Shown: positions 10,032 through 18,098 of the stretch, piece after piece
Position numbering within the stretch: position 1 is the first letter of the stretch
Layout: each line of letters starts with the position of its first letter
Source: an uncultured Chlorobiales bacterium
GTDB taxonomy: Bacteria; Bacteroidota; Chlorobiia; Chlorobiales; Thermochlorobacteraceae
Assembly (NCBI GenBank): GCA_938003965.1
Contig: CALKXI010000026.1
Span: 3,963-67,962 of the forward strand
DNA: 64,000 nucleotides
Direction: 5' to 3'
The notes under the pieces: generated by a model
Databases searched by the model: none
Told to the model about the DNA's origin: nothing
Seen by the model: the letters and a program-made list of their open reading frames with translations, nothing else
Program-made: the position numbers and the translations under genes

Positions 10032-10913
10032 ATGATTGAAAGCATGACGGGCTTCGGAAGCGGCGAGTATGCCGAGTTCGGGCTTCATGCGACGGCGGAA
10101 ATTCGTTCCGTGAATAGTCGCTTCATTGAAATTTCCGTCAAACTGCCTCGCCAGTTCAGCGTTTTTGAGCTGGAGGCACGAGAGTTAATTAGAAAATCTC
10201 TGCAGCGCGGCAAAATTTCCGCCGTTGTTCAGTTGGAGCGCGAAAATCAGTCGGAGATTCCGATTAAAATTAAGCCCGACACTGTCAGAGCATACATCGC
10301 TCTCCTTTCCGAACTGAAAGCCATTTCAGGTATTGATGAGCCAATTCGACTTGAGCATCTGTTGAAGTTTTCGGAAATTTTTGAAGCCTCAACTGACGAG
10401 CGCCAAGAACTGGATCGGGAATGGAAAGTTATCAGTCAGGCTCTTCAAGCGGCAATTCTGTCGCTACGCGAGATGCGCCGCAAGGAAGGCGAACAACTGA
10501 GACTTGATTTCAAGGCGCGCATTGCTGCCATCAATGAAGTTCTCGATCACATTGAGGCCATTTCGCGCGACTCTCTTTCTGCTACGAAAGAAAAACTGCG
10601 ACAAAAAGTGCGCGACCTTTTGGGCGATGAATTCATCGCCAAAGAGCGTTTAGAGATGGAAATTCTTTTGCTGACGGATAAGATGGACATCACCGAAGAG
10701 TGCGTCCGGTTCAGAAGTCATAACAAGTTTTTCTTGGAAGCATTAGATTCAGGTGAACCTGCGGGGCGCAAGTTGAACTTCCTTTTGCAGGAGCAAAGTC
10801 GTGAAGCAAATACAATTGCGTCTAAATCCCAGAATGCAGAAATTTCTCAAAAGAGCGTGTTTATCAAAGAGGAGCTGGAGAAAATTCGTGAGCAAGTTCA
10901 AAATATCGAGTAA
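10032..10913 (+). CDS. yicC: YicC-family stress-induced protein
   Basis: Typical N-terminus MIESMTGFG and C-terminal EIKEELEKIREQVQNIE. Conserved yicC-gmk-rpoZ order. The track ORF starts at a TTG at 10026; I prefer the ATG at 10032. Confidence 0.9.
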   Translation: MIESMTGFGSGEYAEFGLHATAEIRSVNSRFIEISVKLPRQFSVFELEARELIRKSLQRGKISAVVQLERENQSEIPIKIKPDTVRAYIALLSELKAISGIDEPIRLEHLLKFSEIFEASTDERQELDREWKVISQALQAAILSLREMRRKEGEQLRLDFKARIAAINEVLDHIEAISRDSLSATKEKLRQKVRDLLGDEFIAKERLEMEILLLTDKMDITEECVRFRSHNKFFLEALDSGEPAGRKLNFLLQEQSREANTIASKSQNAEISQKSVFIKEELEKIREQVQNIE

Positions 10914-10954
10914 GTTTTTGTGCTGAAAGTTTGAGCACTCATTTTTAACTGAAT

Positions 10955-11518
10955 ATGCAAGGCAAGCTTGTCGTCTTTACTGCGCCGTCAGGAACCGGAA
11001 AATCGACGATTGCCAAAGCGATTTTAGCCGACATTCCGACGCTCAAATTTTCCGTTTCCGCCACCACGCGCGCAAAGCGAGACGGCGAAGAAGATGGACG
11101 AGAGTATTTCTTTCTGACCCGTGAGGCTTTTGAACAAGAAATTGCTCGACAAGGCTTTATTGAATACTCTAAACACTTTGATAATTACTACGGCACGCTA
11201 AAATCCGAAACCGAAAAGGTTTTGAACCAAGGTTATCATTTGCTGCTGGATTTAGATGTGGACGGTGCGTTGAATGTCAAGAAACGGTATGGCAACCGCT
11301 CGTTGTTGTTGTTTATTAAGCCCCCAAGCCTTGAAGTGCTCAAAGAGCGTTTAATGAAGCGTAAAACGGAATCGTACGATAAAGTGTTGATGCGTTTGGC
11401 ACGCGCCGATTATGAACTCTCGCTCGCCGACCAGTTCGACTTCTGTGTGGTCAATGATGATTTGGCGCGCGCGATTCTTGAGATTAAGCAGATTATTCAG
11501 CGTTTTCTTAACTCTTAA
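10955..11518 (+). CDS. gmk: Guanylate kinase
   Basis: P-loop APSGTGKST and the TTR...E.DG.EY.F pattern. Confidence 0.95.
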   Translation: MQGKLVVFTAPSGTGKSTIAKAILADIPTLKFSVSATTRAKRDGEEDGREYFFLTREAFEQEIARQGFIEYSKHFDNYYGTLKSETEKVLNQGYHLLLDLDVDGALNVKKRYGNRSLLLFIKPPSLEVLKERLMKRKTESYDKVLMRLARADYELSLADQFDFCVVNDDLARAILEIKQIIQRFLNS

Positions 11519-11530
11519 CCTACAATCCAC

Positions 11531-11857
11531 ATGCCGATTAAGCCTGTTGATTTCGAGAAGATTAAACATCAATCGTCAAACATCTATGAGATTACGGTTG
11601 CCATGTCGCGCCGTGCAAAAGAAATCAACGAGCAGCTGCGCTCCGAGTTGGAGGAAAAACTTGCACCCTTCAAGATGAAGACGCGCAATCCTACAAACGA
11701 AGCTGAAGCTGACCGTGTTTTCCCAGAGCAAGTTAGCATCAGTGTGCGTTTTGAAAAAATGCCCAAGCCGACCATAACGGCGATTGAAGAATTTGCAGAG
11801 AAGAAATACACTTTTGATTATCGTGACTCTCGCGAGGGGCGCAAATCTAAAACCTAA
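11531..11857 (+). CDS. rpoZ: DNA-directed RNA polymerase subunit omega (Bacteroidota-type)
   Basis: The pattern NIYE...RRAKEIN...EL..KL..F...EQV.IS..FEKMPKPT..AIEE matches the remembered Bacteroidota omega. Position after gmk is conserved. Confidence 0.8.
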   Translation: MPIKPVDFEKIKHQSSNIYEITVAMSRRAKEINEQLRSELEEKLAPFKMKTRNPTNEAEADRVFPEQVSISVRFEKMPKPTITAIEEFAEKKYTFDYRDSREGRKSKT

Positions 11858-11869
11858 CATCCGTTCAGC

Positions 11870-12370
11870 ATGCTCAAACTTACGGGCATTAGCCAAATCA
11901 CCTTGCGCGTCAATGACTTGCGCAAGTCGGAGGAGTTCTACACGAAAATTCTTGGCTTCAAACTTCATCATCGTCTCGGAATCAATAAAACCTATCTTGT
12001 TGCCGAGGGCGATTCACTTGTGCTTGTTAAGGCTGAAACGCCTGCGCAAAGCGAACGCGATTTTCATGTAGACCACTTCGGGCTTCGCCTTGCCGCCGAT
12101 GAAGAGGTCGATGCTGCTCATGCTTACCTCAAAGAGATGCGTGTTCATTTGCTCACTTCGCCTGTCAATCGTCGGGACGGGCGCACGTTTTTTCTGCAAG
12201 ACCCAGATGGGAATGTGATTGAGATTTATTCATCGAGGGGCGAAGTTTTTCCGACTGATGATACGAATCCTGACGAGCCTTCTTCGAGGCGGCGTGGTCG
12301 GAAAGCCAAATCGGACTCAGTCAAACCAGAACGTCCTGCTGTGCCAAAGCGCCGACGCAGCCGCAAATAG
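11870..12370 (+). CDS. VOC/glyoxalase-fold protein with a strongly basic C-terminal tail
   Basis: Glyoxalase-like core (ITLRVNDLRKSEEFYTKILGF...HFGLRL...FLQDPDGNVIEI) followed by ...SSRRRGRKAKSDSVKPERPAVPKRRRSRK. Confidence 0.8.
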   Translation: MLKLTGISQITLRVNDLRKSEEFYTKILGFKLHHRLGINKTYLVAEGDSLVLVKAETPAQSERDFHVDHFGLRLAADEEVDAAHAYLKEMRVHLLTSPVNRRDGRTFFLQDPDGNVIEIYSSRGEVFPTDDTNPDEPSSRRRGRKAKSDSVKPERPAVPKRRRSRK

Positions 12371-12445
12371 GTTGTTTAATCACTTTTTGCATCTTAACAT
12401 TTTACATTTTGAGTCTTTACACTTCCAATTTCACTTTTTAAGTAT

Positions 12446-13321
12446 ATGCCTGCTTATTCAGCACTTGAATCTACTATGCCTGTTGCTATGTCTCACTTGC
12501 CACCGAATCGTACTGTTCGCCCTCCGATGTTTGCAGGCAGTTTATATCCTGCCGACCCGCTCACATTGCAAGCCCAAATTGACGCGGCTCTTTCCGATGC
12601 CAATGCCACGCCTGGAAAGCCCTTGATTCCCTACGTGAGAACTCTTCTCGTGCCGTATGGAAACTACTCGCATGTCTTGCCAACTTTGGCTGAAAGCTAT
12701 CGCCATATTGAATCGGCGCGATATGAATTGGTGGTTTTCATTGCCCCTACTGTTGATACTTACGACCGCTTGATGATTTCAGGCTATGGCTACTTCGGCA
12801 CACCGCTCGGCGAGATTGAACTGAGCGACTACGTGCGCAACGAACTTTGCGATGAAGACGATGACTTTTTCATTTGCGAATTAGGATTGCCGAAAGGCTC
12901 TTCGATTGAGGTTCAACTTCCGCTCTTACAGCGCACGATTGGCAAACATCATTCGCTTCGCATTGTTCCGCTTCTGATTGGCCACCAAACGATTGACCTT
13001 TGCAACGAAGCCGCCGCTGCACTTTCTGAAATTTTAACTTCTAAAAACGCGCTTGTCGTTGCCGTGAACAACTTTCATCTTTCAAAAGATAACACGCAAC
13101 TTGTGGAAGAATTTATGGCGGGAATGCGCGAACATGATTACAATGCGCTCATGCGCATGGCGATTATGTATGGGAATAGTCTGGGGTCAGGTTTGGGCGC
13201 GTGGGCGATTGCGGCGCGAGTCTCTCATTCACTTGGGGCGCGCAATTTTTATTTGCTCGACCAACGCTCTAAGGCAGAAGCAGGAGAGCATTTTATCTCG
13301 GCTTGCTACACGCAACAGTAA
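12446..13321 (+). CDS. MEMO1/AmmeMemoRadiSam-system-protein-B family protein (divergent)
   Basis: Overall MEMO-like layout (PPMFAGSLYPADP...; LLVPYGNYSH in place of the usual PHAGY.YSG; ...EVQLPLLQ...). No AMMECR1 or radical-SAM partner is adjacent. Confidence 0.65.
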   Translation: MPAYSALESTMPVAMSHLPPNRTVRPPMFAGSLYPADPLTLQAQIDAALSDANATPGKPLIPYVRTLLVPYGNYSHVLPTLAESYRHIESARYELVVFIAPTVDTYDRLMISGYGYFGTPLGEIELSDYVRNELCDEDDDFFICELGLPKGSSIEVQLPLLQRTIGKHHSLRIVPLLIGHQTIDLCNEAAAALSEILTSKNALVVAVNNFHLSKDNTQLVEEFMAGMREHDYNALMRMAIMYGNSLGSGLGAWAIAARVSHSLGARNFYLLDQRSKAEAGEHFISACYTQQ

Positions 13322-13330
13322 TTTCTAGTT

Positions 13331-14857
13331 TCAAATGCTCAATCGATTGGCTAAGAGTGCAAGTTCTCGATCGACCGTGTTATCGGTCTGAATTTCGCTG
13401 AACGGAATCGCATATTCTTTTCCTGAGAGCACAGCCGGCATCATGTGCGTTTTTCCTTCCAAAACGAGTTCGGTGAGCTTTCGTGCCATGCGTTGCGCGA
13501 GCGTCATGTCCATGTTGTTCGGACGTGCGCCGCGCACATCGCGCGAAAAGGCTTCACAAATCACACGTTGTTTAGTTTCTAACCCCGCCGCTTTGAGCTC
13601 TTCGTAAAGATATTCCGCTGCATTGAGCGTAATTCCTTTTTCTTTTCGCTCTTTGGCTTTGTAACCTTCGGCAACGACAATCACCGTCGAGGAGCGATTC
13701 TTCAAGGCTTTTGCAATATCGGCAGGCGCGTAGTTCGTTGACGCCAAGACTGCCAAATGTGCCCCTGCACCTAAACAGGAATGAAGTGCGTGAAATCCGC
13801 TCGAAGCCCCCATCATTTCAATGATGTAGCACCGATTATGCGTGCGTGCGTCAGCCATGTAGCATCGAATTTTTTCTGCGCCAACTTCTACGCCTGTATG
13901 CTGACCAATACACTCCGTTCCAGAAACATCGCTATCAATTGTTACAGGAATAAAGAATACTTGAATGTGTTTGGGGAGCAGTTTTGCCAGTTCTTTAATG
14001 CCAGCCAGCGTTCCATTTCCGCCGATTCCAACAAGAACTTTTATTTTTCTATTTATGATATTTTCGGCGGCGCGTTTTTGATTTTCAAGCAGTTTGAACT
14101 CTTTGTAGCGCTCGGTTCTGAAATCAGCACCACGCGCTTCGCGCAGCGGTGGTGCAAAAATGACACCGTGAATGTGCTCAATTTGCCGATAAAGGGCGAA
14201 ACTATAGACGAGACAGCGAAAGTCGTCGCGCTTACCGCTGACAAGCGACTTAAAGCCTTGCGCCGCCACAAACACACGCCGACCTGCCGATTCCAAATAC
14301 TCCGTAATGTAGGCGGTTACGGAGTTGTAGCCTGGTGCACAGCCGCCATCTTGCACTAAAAGCACATCCATTTCGCTGTAAAGCCGATGCTCTTCGTGTT
14401 CGCTCGAGCTTGCTAAGCGCGAGAGAAGCTTATAGACTTTCAAGCATATTTCTTGCGGCACAAGCGCGGGATTTTCCAAATCCTTGTTTGTGATTCTATG
14501 CAGAATGCTTGGCTCTTCCGCCCACACGGTCGCAGTGCGTGGCATGCCGTCAATTAGTCGACGCTCTCCCAGCACATCGCCCGAGTGATAGTAGCCTGTG
14601 ATGTATCCTTTTTTTTCAAATGCCAATCGTCCGCTTTGCACAATAAACGCACAGCCGCTTGGGTCGCCTGCTGAAAAGACGATTTCGCTCGTCTTGTATT
14701 CAAATGGTATCAAGATGTTTGCCACAACTGCTGCTTCCGACTCACTGAGCTCGCTGAATGGATAAACGCTCTTGAGAAACTCGATTGTGGCTTCTGGGTT
14801 TCTTGTGAGCTCTTGCGGCATTGGACGCAAAAACAGATTTGTTTCAGAGAAGTTCAT
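13331..14857 (-). CDS. Cyclic-nucleotide-binding domain fused to a phosphofructokinase-family domain
   Basis: N-terminal CNB domain with a phosphate-binding cassette (GDVLGERRLIDGMPRTATVWA). The C-terminal ~350 aa align to PfkA motifs: GGCAPGYN, GIGGNGTLAG, IPVTIDSD, IIEMMGASSG. Confidence 0.8.
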   Translation of the reverse strand: MNFSETNLFLRPMPQELTRNPEATIEFLKSVYPFSELSESEAAVVANILIPFEYKTSEIVFSAGDPSGCAFIVQSGRLAFEKKGYITGYYHSGDVLGERRLIDGMPRTATVWAEEPSILHRITNKDLENPALVPQEICLKVYKLLSRLASSSEHEEHRLYSEMDVLLVQDGGCAPGYNSVTAYITEYLESAGRRVFVAAQGFKSLVSGKRDDFRCLVYSFALYRQIEHIHGVIFAPPLREARGADFRTERYKEFKLLENQKRAAENIINRKIKVLVGIGGNGTLAGIKELAKLLPKHIQVFFIPVTIDSDVSGTECIGQHTGVEVGAEKIRCYMADARTHNRCYIIEMMGASSGFHALHSCLGAGAHLAVLASTNYAPADIAKALKNRSSTVIVVAEGYKAKERKEKGITLNAAEYLYEELKAAGLETKQRVICEAFSRDVRGARPNNMDMTLAQRMARKLTELVLEGKTHMMPAVLSGKEYAIPFSEIQTDNTVDRELALLANRLSI

Positions 14858-14975
14858 TTTTCAGAGTGCCTCGAAAATACGGTAGTGCGCCAAATCGTGC
14901 AATTTAAGTTTCCGTTGCGTGGGGCATAAGTGATGCAACTTTTGAAAAAGATTTTTCTAAATTTCATCTACACTT

Positions 14976-14998
14976 GTAACCGTTCTTCGTAACCGTTC
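14976..14998 (+). repeat. Perfect 10-nt direct repeat gtaaccgttc (14976-14985 and 14989-14998) in the cyclase/PFK-fusion intergenic region
   Basis: Read directly from the sequence: cacttGTAACCGTTCttcGTAACCGTTCaaaac. It ends 18 nt before the cyclase ATG at 15017. Confidence 0.9.
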
Positions 14999-15016
14999 AA
15001 AACCCGTCTGGCGACT

Positions 15017-17383
15017 ATGTGGAAACCCGCTGCGGAATTTTTCAAGACGCGCATTGCTTCAAGCGCTTGGTTTACGGCTTTTCTGGTTGCACCGATTATC
15101 GTTGTGTTCGCATTTTTGCTCTCACGCTTCACGGTCCTTGAAAATCTCGAACTTAAAGCCCTCGATATTCGCTTCAATGCACGCCCAATAGATACGACAT
15201 TCAAACAGAGAGCGCAGGTGGTGCTCATTCCGGTCAACGACCAAGCGCAAAAAGTCATTAAGCCTTTTCCGTGGCCTCGTGACTACCATGCGCGAATTAT
15301 TCGTAACCTTACGCGCGCAGGTGCAAAAGTTGTTGCGTTCGACTTCGTCTTTGACGACATCGATCGCTCAGGTGGCGACGAAGAATTTCGCAAGGCGGCC
15401 AATGAGTGTAAAAATGTGGTCGTTGCAGGCAGAGAGCCAACTGACTACACCGAAGCCTCAAAGGTTGAATACCAGTCAGTCGATAAAGCTAATTATCTGA
15501 CCATTTTTGACGGCACGCCCGGCGCAATCGTTGGCAATGTGAATGTCCGTCAGGATAATGACGGCGTTCTGCGGCGCTACCATCCTGTCAGTGCTGACGT
15601 GCTGGGCAAACCCTTTCTCTCTCTCGCTTACGCTATTCTCAAACTTTATACTGAAACTAACGACACCATCAGTTTTGATGGAAAGTACTTTACATTTGCA
15701 GGCAAGAAAATTCCGGCTTACGACGGCGAATCTGTTTTGCTCAATCCTTACGGACCAAGCCACTCGTTTTTAGAAATTTCTGCCGACAACATTCTCGACG
15801 ATGCCGAATTTATGACAAAGGCTGAAGAAGAACTGTTTTACGCAGCACTGCGCGACAACGGCATTTATGAAAAACTTAAAATCGATTCTGCAACGGTTGC
15901 GCAAAACGAGAACTTGCGCAAACAACTCATGGCAATGGAAGAACTGCGCGACTTGTGGTCGATTGATGTCTTTGAAGATCCGCTTGCTGGCATTCAAGAT
16001 CTTGTGAGAGGTAAAATTTGTATCGTCGGACCGATGTTCCCCGAAGCCAAAGACGATTTTCCAATGTCGATGTGGACGGATGGACGCCCTGACCAGAACA
16101 AAATGTATGGCGTTGAAGCGCACGCCATCGCTACGCAAAATTTCATTGACGGCAACTTCATCAAGCGCGCCGATGCCACTTTGATTTTTGGGTTGATGCT
16201 TTTGGTCAGTTTTCTTGTCTTCGGCGCGTCGGTTTCTCTCAAGCGCATCAAATTTCAAAACCAAACGTTCTTGCTTGTACTTACGAGCCTTGCGGCAATC
16301 GCGGTGCTTTTAAGCGTGCTCGTTTTGATTCTCTACATTGGGGATGTTTCACCCATTGACTACCTTCTTTCGCGCTCTGCACTCACGAAACTTGTCATCG
16401 TCATGTCGCTTTTGGGCATTGGCAGTTTGATTGCGTATTTGCTCAAAAAAGGAAATTCAATGCAAGAGTTCACGACGGAAATCGCCGCTATTTCCCTCAG
16501 CATTGCCATCTTCGCTGTGCTCAATCAATATGCGCAGCACGTGTTCATCGCCGACCATACGCTTATTGCTGTTGTTCCTTTTGCAATTGCGATAATCTTT
16601 GCTTACGGCGGCAGTATCCTCTATCAATACTTTACCGAGTCGCGCCAAAAGAAGATGATTAAAGGTTTCTTCAACACCTATGTGCCCCCTGTTCTCGTCG
16701 AGCAAATGATTCAAAATCCTGATATGTTCAAACTCGGAGGTGAGCGTCGCGAACTGACGATGTTTTTCAGCGATGTTAAAGGCTTTACGAACATTTCTGA
16801 AAGTTTTAAGGACGAGCCTGAACGACTGACCGAATTGATGAACGAGTACCTCGGCGCAATGACGGATATTGTCTTCAAATATGGCGGCACGCTCGACAAA
16901 TACATCGGCGACGCCGTTGTGGCATTTTGGAATGCGCCACTTCCTGTCGAAGACCACGCGCTCAAAGCCTGTTATGCGGCAATTGAGATGCAGGAAAAAC
17001 TCAAAGAGATGCGCCCAATTTGGAAGGCGAAGTATGGACACGAAATTTACTCCCGCATGGGCATTAACACGGCGTCGGTGATTGTCGGCAATATGGGTTC
17101 GCAAGGACGATTTGCCTACACTGCGATGGGCGATGGTATGAACCTTGCCGCGCGACTTGAAGCTGCCAACAAGGCTTTCGGCACTTACATCATGATTTCG
17201 CAGTTTACTTACGAAATCGTCAAAGAAAAATGTTTGTGCCGATGGCTTGCCGAAATTACTGTTCAAGGCAAAACCGAGCCGATTAAAGTCTATGAACTCT
17301 TACGTCGCCGATTGCCCGGCGAGCCTGAACCCGAACCTGCCGAAACCGCCCTCAAAGGGGTGATAGCGGTCGCGAAGGAATAA
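15017..17383 (+). CDS. Membrane-bound class III adenylate cyclase with an N-terminal CHASE2 sensor domain
   Basis: N-terminal TM helix, a ~350-aa extracytoplasmic region and a block of TM helices. The cyclase domain has metal Asp residues (FFSDVKGFT, IGDAVVAF), a Lys/Thr specificity pair (DKYIGD; FAYTAMGD) and GMNLAARLE. Confidence 0.9.
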   Translation: MWKPAAEFFKTRIASSAWFTAFLVAPIIVVFAFLLSRFTVLENLELKALDIRFNARPIDTTFKQRAQVVLIPVNDQAQKVIKPFPWPRDYHARIIRNLTRAGAKVVAFDFVFDDIDRSGGDEEFRKAANECKNVVVAGREPTDYTEASKVEYQSVDKANYLTIFDGTPGAIVGNVNVRQDNDGVLRRYHPVSADVLGKPFLSLAYAILKLYTETNDTISFDGKYFTFAGKKIPAYDGESVLLNPYGPSHSFLEISADNILDDAEFMTKAEEELFYAALRDNGIYEKLKIDSATVAQNENLRKQLMAMEELRDLWSIDVFEDPLAGIQDLVRGKICIVGPMFPEAKDDFPMSMWTDGRPDQNKMYGVEAHAIATQNFIDGNFIKRADATLIFGLMLLVSFLVFGASVSLKRIKFQNQTFLLVLTSLAAIAVLLSVLVLILYIGDVSPIDYLLSRSALTKLVIVMSLLGIGSLIAYLLKKGNSMQEFTTEIAAISLSIAIFAVLNQYAQHVFIADHTLIAVVPFAIAIIFAYGGSILYQYFTESRQKKMIKGFFNTYVPPVLVEQMIQNPDMFKLGGERRELTMFFSDVKGFTNISESFKDEPERLTELMNEYLGAMTDIVFKYGGTLDKYIGDAVVAFWNAPLPVEDHALKACYAAIEMQEKLKEMRPIWKAKYGHEIYSRMGINTASVIVGNMGSQGRFAYTAMGDGMNLAARLEAANKAFGTYIMISQFTYEIVKEKCLCRWLAEITVQGKTEPIKVYELLRRRLPGEPEPEPAETALKGVIAVAKE

Positions 17384-17420
17384 GACTTTTCGTTCAGAAT
17401 TTTTACTTAACTTTTAACAC

Positions 17421-18032
17421 TTGACTGCCTTGAAACGACGACCTCAAACCCTTTCCGCAGATTTGCTGATTTACGGATACAGCACTGGCATTTTTCCGAT
17501 GGCGGATTCCGACACCGGTGAAGTGCAATGGTATTTGCCCAAAATGCGGGCGATTATTCCACTCGATGGTTTTCACGTGCCGCGTTCTTTGCGGCAAATC
17601 ATCAAGAAAAATTTGTTCGAGATTCGCATTAACGAAAACTTTGAAGCTGTTATGCGCAACTGCGCCACCGAGCGCGGCGACGCGCGCGGCACTTGGATTT
17701 CCGAAGAAATGATTGAAGTTTATTGCGAACTACACGATATGGGCTACGCACACAGCGTTGAATCTTACCAAAACGGCGAACTGGTTGGGGGGCTTTATGG
17801 TGTCTCGATGGGCGGCGCGTTTTTCGGCGAATCAATGTTTTATCGCGTTTCCAACGCGTCAAAAGTCGCACTCTATCACCTCGTTGAACGACTCAAAGCA
17901 CGCAACTTCGCTCTGCTCGATTCGCAATTTATCAACGATAATGTCGCGCGATTCGGGGCCATCGAAATTCCGCATCATCAATATCTTCTCCTGCTCAAAG
18001 AAGCCTTGAAAATTCGAACATGCTTTGTCTGA
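17421..18032 (+). CDS. aat: Leucyl/phenylalanyl-tRNA--protein transferase
   Basis: YGYSTGIFPMADS...WY.P..R.I.PL..FHV.RSL...TWIS.EMIEVYCELH..GYAHSVE...GELVGGLYGV..G..FFGESMF. TTG start. Confidence 0.9.
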   Translation: MTALKRRPQTLSADLLIYGYSTGIFPMADSDTGEVQWYLPKMRAIIPLDGFHVPRSLRQIIKKNLFEIRINENFEAVMRNCATERGDARGTWISEEMIEVYCELHDMGYAHSVESYQNGELVGGLYGVSMGGAFFGESMFYRVSNASKVALYHLVERLKARNFALLDSQFINDNVARFGAIEIPHHQYLLLLKEALKIRTCFV

Positions 18033-18098
18033 TGTGTCAGAGAACTCAATGCTCTATGTAGGTTTCTTCTTCGACGCTAAACCAATCACCAATTTCTG

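Noticed and set aside
13331-17383. Cyclase plus cNMP-binding effector as a Pycsar/CBASS-like anti-phage signalling system
   Set aside because: The cyclase has a CHASE2/TM sensory architecture and an ATP-type Lys/Thr pair typical of housekeeping signalling cyclases. The receptor is fused to a metabolic PFK-family domain rather than to a TM, TIR, nuclease or other suicide effector. The flanks are core genes with no mobile-element or defence-island context.
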